64,000 bases of DNA from Parasitella parasitica NRRL 2501 (taxonomy: Eukaryota; Fungi; Mucoromycota): positions 162,805 to 226,804 of the forward strand of contig MU619276.1 of the NCBI GenBank assembly GCA_025201805.1, written 5' to 3'. Shown piece after piece: positions 52,188-64,000 of this stretch (positions are counted from its first letter, which is position 1; the number at the start of each line of letters is the position of its first letter). The notes under the pieces were generated by a model. That model saw only the letters and a list, made by a program, of their open reading frames with translations, did not search any database and was not told the origin of the DNA. A program made the translations under genes and the position numbers.

Positions 52188-52336
52188 CGTTTGGCACACT
52201 TTGAATAGCAGGAAGAAAAAAAAAAAAAAAGCAATAAAAAAGGTATTTATTTTGCAAACAACAACAATCAAAATAAGCTTAATAAGTCACGTATATTACA
52301 GTACAACAAAGATCAGTAAAAAAAAAAACAGACGAG

Positions 52337-52999
52337 TTAATTATAACTGTAGTGATGTCTTGCGCCGTATCTTTGGCCATGTCTTGGCGGTTGCTGGTAG
52401 TAGTAGTCAGCCAGCGAATACACATATTGCTGGGATGGCTGTGGTTGATGTGGTGGTGGTGGTGGTGGCTGTGGCATGGGATAATAGGGTATATCATGGT
52501 TGTATCTAGACATCATTTGTTGCTGCAATTGCTGCTTGCTAGGTGGTATATTGTCCATATGGCTGCCGTAATATTCGTTGTCATAAAAGGTAGGTTGGCT
52601 ATCAAATAGCTCCTCGTCGCCCATATCGCCGTCGTCATAATATAGATTATTGTACGCACAAGATGTTCGGGACACTGGCCTCACACTGTGAAGATCTCTC
52701 CCTGTTGATCTACTTCTTCTAATCTCGTCCATATACACAGGTAAACCGTTCATTTGCATCATCATTTGTTGCTCTTCGTGCCATCTTGCTGACTCTATCG
52801 ACCTAGCACGAGGTCGTCTTTTGCTTGCAGAATGGCTAGCAACAAGAGTCGTTGCAGGGCTTACATGATCAAATCGATGACCTCCATTGCTTTTGCTACT
52901 AGCGTTACTAGCACGGCGAGACACAGGCTTTCTAGGAGCAGGGATGTCGTCACCATTATAGTTGTTTCGGCTATTGCTACTTTTTCTCCCGTCTTCTAC

Positions 53000-53032
<33 letters not shown>

Positions 53033-54536
53033 ATAATGGTAACTGGATCTAGAGGCACTGCGACTATGATGTCTAATATGGTCTTCTGATTTACTTCTGA
53101 TTCGCACCCGTCTTGGATGATACATTTGTGTTTCGTCTCGACCCATATCGTCTTGTTCGAACGGAGCATTTGGGTCGTTGTCATGATAATACTGTTGATG
53201 ATAGTAATTGGCATTCATTCGGGGTGGTGGCGCAACATCCTCTTCCATATCCTCTTCCTCTTCCTCTTCTTGTTGTTGGTGATGGTGTTTTAACCCCATT
53301 TCAGCAACCTGCTTTTGTAACTGAAGCAGCTGCTGTTGCTTTAATTGTTGATCATAGTGAGTCAGTTTTGCCTTGTTGTTTTCTTCTTCTCGGCTTTTCA
53401 AGACGCTTGTAAGGTGGCCTTTTGTTTCAATGAGGGTCTCCATCATTTGGTGACGATGTGTTAAAAGCTCTTGCTCTTTCCGTGTCCACTCTTCACGATC
53501 TTTGATGCGCTGCTTTTCAATTAGCTCCACCTGCTTTTTGAGTTCTCGCAGTAGAGCCGTTTGCTCGTCTTTCTTTTGTCGCTCGAATAGATGGTCTAGT
53601 AAAAGACTTTGCGCGGGTTGTGGAGGCGGCATTTGTTGGTGCTGGGGTTGCTTTAATTTGTTATTTGCTGTACCAAGTGTCGCTTTTTGCTTGTCATCAT
53701 GTTGTAAAGGCGTGACATTGTTGGCAGATGATCGGGATGATGAACCTGGGCCGGGATTGGGCCGTTTTTGAATATGCTGCTGAGGACTTGCAGTGAGGGA
53801 AGACGAAGAGTCGGATAGCATGCCAATAGCCATGATATCTTGTTGCAACTGTTGCTGCGGCAATGGGACATGCTGAGGGTTGGCAATGGGCTTGAGGGAT
53901 GGCTTCTTTTTCACCATAGGGAGGACTGGACGGTCTGCGGGAGCTTGGTCGTCTTCTGTTGCGTCAGACAGGGACTCGAGGGCGGATTCATAAACTCGGC
54001 TAGAGTCATCGCTTATAATCGTGGAATGGGAAGAGACGACGCCTGGAGCTTGCTGCTGTGTCAAATGACGAGCAACTGGCTTTACAAGCTGAGATGATAG
54101 TGGCTCTAAAGTAGCCTTTTGTTCAGCTATAGTTCAAAAAAAACAAAAAACAAAAAAAATTCAAACGTGTCAACTAACCTTCACGTGTTGGCAACAGAAT
54201 GGGAGAGATGTCTTGCTGGTGGACGAATTCGCTGCTGGATACATCCTCTTCCACTTGGGTTTTATCATGGTCGTATCTACCCATAAGGGCGCGAGTTGGG
54301 GTGTGCGGTCTGCGAGGTTTAGGCATTACAATGGAGAAGGGAGAGGATGACCTTGCTTCGACAGCTGGGATGTTTGGAAGGGTCATTGAGGTACTAGCAA
54401 CGGGGATGGTCGCCATGGCAGCAGCAGGTTTTGTCTGCGCTGTAACATGTGAGGAATTCAGCTCTGTCGCATTCTGTAGCAAGATTGTGTGTGCGATACT
54501 CTTGTCAGACTTTTTTTTTTTGAACAGCTTGATCAT
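52337..54536 (-). CDS. Hypothetical low-complexity Q/S/R-rich protein with central coiled coil (one intron about 54130-54178)
   Basis: A 120-aa and a 575-aa ORF joinable by a GT-AG intron. Contains poly-Q tracts. Confidence 0.7.
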
Positions 54537-54815
54537 GATGAAAGGAAGAAGAGAAAGAGAGAGGGAAAATACGTTTGTATATTACCAGCAATACATATAC
54601 CACAGTGGAGCACTGCTTAAAAAGGATTAGAGGATAAATAAAAACATCATGTCCAAAAAGGGAACCGTGGTAGCACAATGAACCCACCAAACAACAACAA
54701 CAACAACAATCAATTGTGATTTAACCAAGTTTCTATTGAATTGTTTTGACTGGAATAAGATGATAATAATAATAATAAAAGAAAAAAAAAAGATGGAAGC
54801 ATTATACTATTTGAT

Positions 54816-56548
<1,733 letters not shown>

Positions 56549-56949
56549 TATGAGTTTTTTGCAAAGTGTATAAAAGAGAAACGATGCAATGGGTCTTGCT
56601 TCAACAAAAATAAACTGAGTTACAAAACCAGGGTAAGGTTTGTATAGGCCCAGTCATGTTTGTTGTGCCCCTGGTGTACCGTACATCGCTTCAGCAGTAC
56701 AGCAACTTGAATTTCAGACAAAGTGGACGAATCAAAGCTTCAAAATAGGATCTGGCAACATTGCTAGTCTCTCAAGCCGAATATTGCGCTTCATGGTCCT
56801 GAGAAGCACAGCTTGTTTCGATGGTAGTTGAAAACCCAATGCTTTTTATGCATGTATTTCGATGAAATCAAGAGAACAATGATTTGCTACCAAGCAAACT
56901 GTGTCTTGGTAAATGACATTAACAAGGAATCAAACAAGAAAACGTCTAC

Positions 56950-57200
56950 TCAGACACAAGGCGTTTGTAGTATTATCAATATAGGCCTCAGCTCCCTCTA
57001 TCTTGGACTACAATGCAGAGAATTTACAATCACTTAAGCAGCAAACCAATTGGGATACTAATCAATTCGGCAAGGATGACTGGAAAGTCTTGTTTTTTTT
57101 ATCGGAACTGCACCGAATTTCTTGCCACGAATTGATGCTATAACTGCAACAAATACAGCCAAATTCCCCTTCATTGCCCTCACATCAGCAAGCACTATGA
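56950..57200 (+). mobile_element. Degenerate LINE ORF1/gag-like zinc-knuckle remnant
   Basis: CYNCNKYSQIPLHCP (decayed CCHC knuckle) at about 57136-57180, with surrounding stops. Confidence 0.35.
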
Positions 57201-57399
57201 TCAAACAGCAGACAGGAAGGTAAAGACTCGCAAGACTAGACCAATGAAAAGCAGTGCAGCAACGTCCGATACATTAGCAGCACTATATACGTATACATGT
57301 AAACGGATATCTGTTAAATCTACTATGCTTGGTAATCTGCAGCAAGCACCATTGCTTAAAAATGCCTGATATTAGTTTCGATATCTCCCAGATGTTATT

Positions 57400-58000
57400 T
57401 AACCAGGTACTTTAGTTGGACTACCGTCTTTGACATATCTCAGGCTTCTGACAGAAAGAGTGTCTTTACCTCTGATCTGATTGAAGTCTAGCCGCTGAGG
57501 ATAAAGCCATGATAAACTTCCAAATGCCGTCAATTGGTCTTACTACGCAATAAATGTTTCCCGCAAATTGTTTGATATACAGAATAATGTTCTAGTTTTG
57601 GCAACATGGGCTGCAATGCTCTCGTATTGCAGATACTGTCATTCCATGGATTATGCTCTCGTAGACTGTGCTCTCCAAAAGAAATCCACCATAAAGAACA
57701 AATGGACCATATCACTAATATCGATACGATTTCTTCGTCTAATCCCAATACGGCTTACTTGCTCAGTCTTACATTACGAACACTAATCAAGATCTCTGCC
57801 TTTGTCCAATAAAGCAATCTTTTGAATTCTCTGTTTATTTCAATTTTGCAAAATGGTACTTGGCATTGGGTAAACTGAATTGTCTCAAGCTATTATCTTT
57901 CTGCCAGTAGATGATCATACTGTGGTCCATTCCACGTTCTTTATTTCGTTTATCAATATATATGTTTTTCCAACGGCACTGGGCATCGTTGAACTGAATT
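57400..58000 (-). mobile_element. Possible degenerate LINE ORF2 3' remnant
   Basis: Frame-broken pieces such as FFWRAQ resemble the IWRAxW motif seen in the LINE at 19.4 kb. Weak evidence. Confidence 0.3.
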
Positions 58001-58433
58001 CTCTACAAAATCATATCGCTCTTTGTGCTGGCCCAGGGCAACTGATCCTCCGTCACAAAATTCCTTGCCAATTGCTATTACACTGTTTTATTTCTGCCTT
58101 CTTTCTGTCTCCTGCTTGCGCCCTCTGCTCTCATTTCAATCACACACACTGGGTCATTTTCATTTCTCGCGTCCCATCAAACTGCTAGTGTCATGCGTGG
58201 ACTAAAATATAAAGACTGCCAGAGAAAGCGATTGGCAGCACGACAGCTAAGCTTTGCAAGTAATATTTACTGTATGTTGTAATGAAGACTACCAAGTATT
58301 TAGCACTGATACACATGTGATGGTATACATTTCGCGATTTATACTAAACAATACCGTATAGCGCCTACAACGTAAGCCATGTAGAGCAGCAGAAGCAAGT
58401 ATTGCAAGTTATCATTTCAAATGTAAAAAAGTA

Positions 58434-58575
58434 GGTTCCCAAATAAATTTGGGTTCCCAGCCAAATGGGAACCTGATCGGACCAATAAGTTGACAGATAA
58501 CAAAAGTTATTTGACAACTAGGTTCCCACTGTAAACTCGAGTTATTTGACAATCAGGTTCCCACTATAAAAACTC
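58434..58575. repeat. Cluster of GGTTCCCA motifs (4 direct + 1 inverted) including a 35-bp tandem duplication
   Basis: GGTTCCCA at 58434, 58452, 58521, 58556 and TGGGAACC at 58466. AGTTATTTGACAA..GGTTCCCACT.TAAA is repeated at 58505 and 58540. Confidence 0.85.
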
Positions 58576-58950
58576 TTGTAATTTGGACTCAGGGCGTCCG
58601 CCAAACAGACTGAATGAATTTGATCATAGCACATTAGCAACAATAAAAACATATCCAGACTCTAAAAAAAAAAGTTATGCTGTACTGTATATAGCGCCCT
58701 TGAATATATACATTCTATCTGATGCTTGCCTCGTTTTTATAAATCCCATGGTTCCTTTATTTTTGGCAAACGTTTATGCCATTTGTGTAACTTGAAGTAG
58801 TAATCATGAAAAGTTATCATATCGTATTATAAATGTCTCTGGGAATATCAGCAAAAAATACCTCTCTCAAATTTTTTGTATAAATTGGAAAGAATAAGTT
58901 TACCACATCCTTTTGATCCTACTTCTTGTTCAGAAATTACAATTAAAAAT

Positions 58951-61533
58951 ATGTCTCGCCCAGCAACAATTTTACCTCAAGCTGAAATTGATCGTTTAAC
59001 AGCGCATGAAGACCATGTCGAGCAGTTGATCCGTGATCATATCCCCCATTTCCTGAAAATGTACCAAAAAAAAAGAAGATATGGCAAGAAGAGGCAAAGC
59101 TTGGATGACGAAGACACTCAAGGCAGCGCCATCAGCCAAAACTTTTTCCAAGGTTGCGGCCGTATCACAGAGTCTATGATTGCTGAATATGAAGCCAGCA
59201 TTAGCAACTTGGCATACAGAGAAATCCAAAAAGCTCGTGGCATCAATACTTCTTTAGCCTATTGCAATAAGCAGGTAGAGTTCCTTTTGTTCTGTGAAAA
59301 AGTCTACGCTGTTCATCCACTTGTCTCTCGTTTCCAAGTTACCGGTGGAAAGCTGCTTGCATTTCTTTTGGAATCGGTAAATATGAATAATACTGTATGT
59401 GTATTCACGCAGCTAATGATGTTTTGTGCTGTTTAAAGGTGGTAGAACGTAAAATTCGTAAAGCTGGAAAAACCTATTTCGACGAATCAAACAAAGAAAC
59501 AGCAGTGAATACGGAGACCTTGGAGAATGCGATTTCTTCCACAAACAAAAAGCTCTCCCACAGCACTTGCAATGTATACGTCTCTGCAATTGTCGACTTA
59601 TGGAACTATCAACGACTTTTGGGCAGCAATACCCATGAATCTCCCAGAACGAAAACAGTTTCTCAGATTCTTAAATGGGTTCGACAACGACAATCAAAGG
59701 AAAACAGAGACAATTATGTGGACCGCGCAGCTAACTCTCCATCGAATGGCTACTCGACCAACATGGAGGTTGCGTTGATAGCTCGATGCATGTACAATAG
59801 TCCTCAGCAAAACTACAAGTTTGGGTTTAGAAATGCAACTTCATTTCTGCTGCAACATTTCTTGCTGCTTCGCGGAGAATCCGTAAAGAACCTGGAGTTC
59901 TCGGATCTGCAATACATGGAGCTTCACAAGGTAGGAGCTGTGGGTACATACCCTTCTATTGTCGTTATCTTCAATCAGGGCAAGCGCAACAAGGATGGCA
60001 AGACCGAGTCTGGCGCTTGTATGCGGAATAAGATGGTCGAGATCTGTCCTTTCATGGCCCTCAGTTTCCACTTTTTCTGGAGATGGCATCACGAAAAAGA
60101 AGACTTTCCAAACATGGATAGCAACAAAGACTGGTTCAAGATGAAGGTAATCCACGGCGCAAGGCTCCAGTCGTCAGCGACTGTCAAAGGTAATGTTACA
60201 GTGCACTGTATAGGTAGAGTTCGCAATTATCAACATTGATTTTCTGCAGGTGACATTGATGCTGCTGAAGATGTTGAATATGACTCTTCTAGCGACGAAC
60301 GCAACTACCAAGAAGAATGTAGCCACTGGGAAACACCAATCTCAAGTGCCACTCAAGCTAGGTTCATGAGAGAGGCTTTTGACCGTGCTGGTGTCTTTAC
60401 TGCAGGAAAAGCTACGCACGCTCCTCGTATTTGTGCCACGCAAATGGCTGATCTCTTTGGTATTCCTGCAGCGCAAATCCAGAGAATGGGCAAGTGGGGC
60501 ACTGATGTCATGACAAAGTCATATCTAAACACAATACCTCGCCAGTTCATGAGAGCCATTGCCGGGTTTGACAACGATGCCGCCTATCATATTCCAAGGG
60601 CTATTGAGGAGCCCTGCCAAGAGCTGAGGGACTTGGTCTTCCCAATGGCTGACTACTGGTCTGAGCGGGTCTCGACCGGTTCAGTCAAACAAAGCTCTGG
60701 CTCGGCAGTAAAATTCCTAATGCTCATAAAATGCTTCAAGACAACCTTTTTGCAAGATGCGGCTGCTATGATGAACCTGATACCCGACCATCCAATCTGG
60801 AGGCACGAGATCTTCAAGACACAACTGTTTGCTGATTTCAAAAAGTAAGTTTTCATGATAGTTGCTTTCCGAGATCATGCATTTAAAATGCTTCTCTCCC
60901 TACAGAAAAGTGGATGCTCATTTAGATGCTGATAAAGAGCCGGACTCTTTGAACATCAATGGGATTGCCCCCGAGATTCAGCGGCAGCTTGAAGGAATCA
61001 AAAGGCTGATCAATGCTGCAATGACCGAAATCAGTGAGCAGCAGAAAGCTGCACATAATGAAGCTCTGCTATTCCAGGAACGCATTCTGGATATCGTCAA
61101 TGGCAACAACGTACCAATCCCCAGCTCACGTTTATCACCTTGTGTTATCCCATCTGCAACTGTGCCCGACCATCTTCAGTACACTGCTGGCGGTGTACCT
61201 ATTTACACGATGGCTCGTGAAATAACCACAGTCAAAGACCTCTGGAAGGAATGGAAAGAAGGATGGAATGGATATTGGCCAGTCGAAGAGTTGGAAAAAA
61301 AATGGGGCAGCAGTTGGAGGGGAAAAGACAGAAAATGGTTCAATATCAGAAAGCATATAATTGATGCAGTAGATGACCTGCATAAAAACCATCACATGTC
61401 AACAGAAGAAGCCATCAATACATTGCAAGCAGAAATAAGCTGCAATAAATGGTCTTTGGACAAAGTTGGAAAGCTTCTCCAAAGTAAAAAATATAGCTAT
61501 TGCGATAGTTTGAAAAGAAGAAGATTAGAGTAA
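58951..61533 (+). mobile_element. CryptonF-type tyrosine recombinase gene (Ndc10-II-like YR domain + GCR1_C), 799 aa; exons 58951-59376, 59439-60189, 60250-60844, 60906-61533
   Basis: NTSLAY, VTGGKLLAFL, YVSAIVDLWNYQ, LLLRGES, GKRNKDG, ICPFMAL, KATHAPR, MGKW, KSYL, and C-terminal YTMAREITTVKDLWKEW...EELEKKWGSSWR (GCR1_C). The spliced CDS is 2400 nt with no internal stop. Confidence 0.9.
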
Positions 61534-62479
61534 AAAAAAAATTTTTTTTTAAAAATACAAATACATTATGCGATATCTCTTAAAAACTAAAGCCATATAT
61601 CGATATTATAAGTAGTTCAGATGTTGCACCTCTCTCAAGTCGATTGCTTTTTGAGCAAAGCTACTGGACTCTTTTTGAACAGATACTCCACATCATTCTA
61701 CCGTCATTGACATATTCCAAGGCCTTGATTTTTACTGTTCATCTGGCTATCGTCTAAACACAACGCACAGTTTCTCAAGGGCAACAAAAATGCGTGGCAT
61801 TCTACCCCACCTATTTTATTAAACTGAACATTGAACATTGGATCTCTCAATTGTCGAGATCTAATCGACACGGCTCCGTATTTTGCTCGTCGTCAATTTA
61901 TTCGATATTTGAAGGGCTCGTTCTCTTGGTTTGTTCGCATTTGAAGAAACACATGGCTCTTTATCCTTATGATAACACATAATTCTGACGCAACTGAAAT
62001 GTTTTATATCATAACGATCGTGTACTTTGCTGCCTCCCAATCTGAACCATATGCCGTTTTTCTACCGTGCTCACAGGCTATAGCTTTGTATTTTTTTGAT
62101 CTTGTTTACGCTCAATTATTTTGGTTGATTTTAATTACACCTACCCAAATGCATTAACGTCTCGAAATCATCAGATTTCTCTGTCTTGGCCAAAGTACAT
62201 AGATAATTACCTTCCCAACGGCTTTACGCCATTCCTTAGTACCTTTCAACGTGGAGTTTTTCAATCCTAGATCAATCACATTCTGCTATCAAATGGTTTG
62301 GCCTCTTCAGTCGCCTTTAATCATTACATTGATCGAAATATTTCCAGACTTATTCATCCGCATTTTCAGCGCTCGAATGATCGAAAAAAGTCTTAATCCT
62401 CGTCCATGTGTTTTATACGGGCGTTGTTCGTTGTTGCTTTATAATAGATAATAGTATACTGGCGAAGCTCGTCATGGAA

Positions 62480-63450
62480 CACGCCAAAGGCACTCATTCA
62501 TCCAGTATCGACTTGCTTTTGGGCCTATGTTCGTACCCATCCTAGTTGCCTCCGAGCTGTGCTCTCGCATTTTGGATAGCCTGTTGCCTTGGTCCGCTGC
62601 ATCTCTCGCCTCTTCTTCGATACTCACATAATCATTAATGTGAAAAGTTTCTTGTTTCCTCGTTTTGCACATCGTGGAGGCCTCAAGCAAGGTAATCCCA
62701 TCAGCCCGATTTTGTTCAACTTGTCTTCCACACAACTTTTGCGACGAATCCTGCAGGCTTGGCCTAGTTAATACCTGGCGTTTCCTTTTTCATCAACTTG
62801 CGCGTCTTTCCACAAAATTTTCGGTTCATACCAATCCCTCAAGGAAGTTCCTGTAACTAGTTAAACGGGATGTGACTCAGCTCTTTCTCTTTGTTTGTGC
62901 CTTCATCCACTCTTACCTTCCTTCTTTTAGTTGATTTTCTTCTCCCTGAAAGTTGCGAATTATACTGTTGTCAATATAATACCTTTCATTTAGGTCTATC
63001 AATATATGGTTCTCAAGGTTCTGCCCCACTCTATACAGGTCTTTTATAGCCGATCTTGTCTCTTTCCACGCCAATATGCAGGACTTTTGCCTTGATTTCT
63101 GGTTACTACCAATCTCTCATTTTTTGCCGCAATATTTAGTATCACTTTCTCGATCACAAAAGTCCTCAAAATTCGCTTCTACATCGCTTTGTCGCTAATT
63201 TCTTTTCATCTTCCTCTTGTACCGTCATCTCTCATTCCAATGATACTTTGGATAATTTACTTTTCATGTCCTACAAAATTATTAGTTTGGCAAAAAAATT
63301 CAACGACGCCACCTACATCCATTTCTTTGACCTCTTTGGATCTTCATCTACTTGTCAACACTGTTCGCTTTCGCACTGATTTTCTTTGCTCAGCGCTCCT
63401 TGTGATTGCGGCCGTTTTAAAATCCAATTAAAAATTTCACTAGTCTCTCT
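62480..63450 (+). mobile_element. Degenerate LINE reverse transcriptase remnant
   Basis: GLKQGNPISPILFNL matches RT motif B (GLRQGDP.SP.LFN). Many stops, C/T-rich strand. Confidence 0.65.
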
Positions 63451-63597
63451 TCTCTATCTTTTCGCTCGTGGAATCAAAACATGCCAAATATAAATAAAAG
63501 TCTTTCATCACAGCTGGTATTCCTCATTGGCCACTTGTTTTCTTTGCGGTAAATTAGTACTATTTCTAAAGATCTCTATTTGCATCTTACCTACTCA

Positions 63598-64000
63598 GAG
63601 CATCTCCAACGGAGGCGCTAATTTCCCAAAATTTCCCAAAATACCTCCAAATAAATAAAAACGTTCTCCAACGGACCAGGTAAACAGGGTGCCATATTTA
63701 GCAAAAGCTAAAATAAGATTGCCAGGAAGCCAAATTTGGCCGTTATTTTGAAAAAGCTATATTGAAATTTGTGTTGGTGATTACCCTCGAGGTGTTCCAA
63801 GATGATTCCCTAACTGCGAACCAAGGCCGGTGGGTAGCTACCATTATCTTTCTGGTATTATTGAGGCCCTTCTTAACCATATCAAATATATATAACCGAA
63901 TTAACCAAATTACATTATTTTAACCGAATATCAAATCATATAATAGGGGTATTCAAATAGCAAAAAAAAATTAAATAAAAAAAAAATAACTAAAATGTTT
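63598..64000 (+). mobile_element. Probable left end of a PIF/Harbinger (Tourist-like) element
   Basis: Starts GAGCATCTCCAACGG, resembling Tourist/PIF TIRs, with internal repeat TCTCCAACGGA at 63665. The other end is not in the window. Confidence 0.5.

Noticed and set aside
56828-57037. DEIKRTMIC as a possible Fanzor/TnpB RuvC-II motif near the Crypton
   Set aside because: No RuvC-I (DPG) or RuvC-III (RD.NAA) motif and no long ORF; nearby sequence looks like LINE ORF1 debris.
58393-58407. 15-mer AAGCAAGTATTGCAA shared with about 19210
   Set aside because: One such match is expected by chance in 64 kb of AT-rich DNA, and it does not extend.
58505-58575. CRISPR-like array
   Set aside because: Only two adjacent units with no spacers, in a eukaryotic context.

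Overview
Gene-dense eukaryotic window with short (about 55-70 nt) GT-AG introns and AT-rich intergenic DNA. Gene content and style point to a Mucorales fungus, probably Mucor-like (inference). About 26 host genes can be reconstructed: a DHX34-like helicase (partial), RPL10, a Yap-type bZIP factor, galactokinase, ALDH7A1, a tiny RPEL protein, two SLC35 nucleotide-sugar transporters, a BAHD acyltransferase, RRP15, a C2H2 protein, a G-patch RBM5/10-like protein, an HSPA12-like Hsp70, Kin1/MARK, PCID2/CSN12, an H4-H3 divergent pair, a Zn2Cys6 factor, cystinosin, RIB3, riboflavin kinase, ATP2 and several hypotheticals. There are two transposon-rich patches: about 19.2-22.5 kb (LINE with TSD, Tc1 and CACTA fragments, LTR-like pieces) and about 56.9-64 kb (LINE debris, an apparently intact intron-containing Crypton tyrosine-recombinase gene, a Harbinger-like end). 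Best candidate for an undescribed system: a 7-exon, 958-aa gene (15699-18932) that fuses an extracellular Kelch-propeller domain to a DEG/ENaC/ASIC/PAC-like two-TM channel module, i.e. a possible fungal receptor-channel. Second: the intact Crypton, with a loxP/dif-like inverted-arm site (8-bp arms, 6-bp spacer) and accessory repeats just upstream. All calls come from manual translation and motif recognition; no database searches were run.
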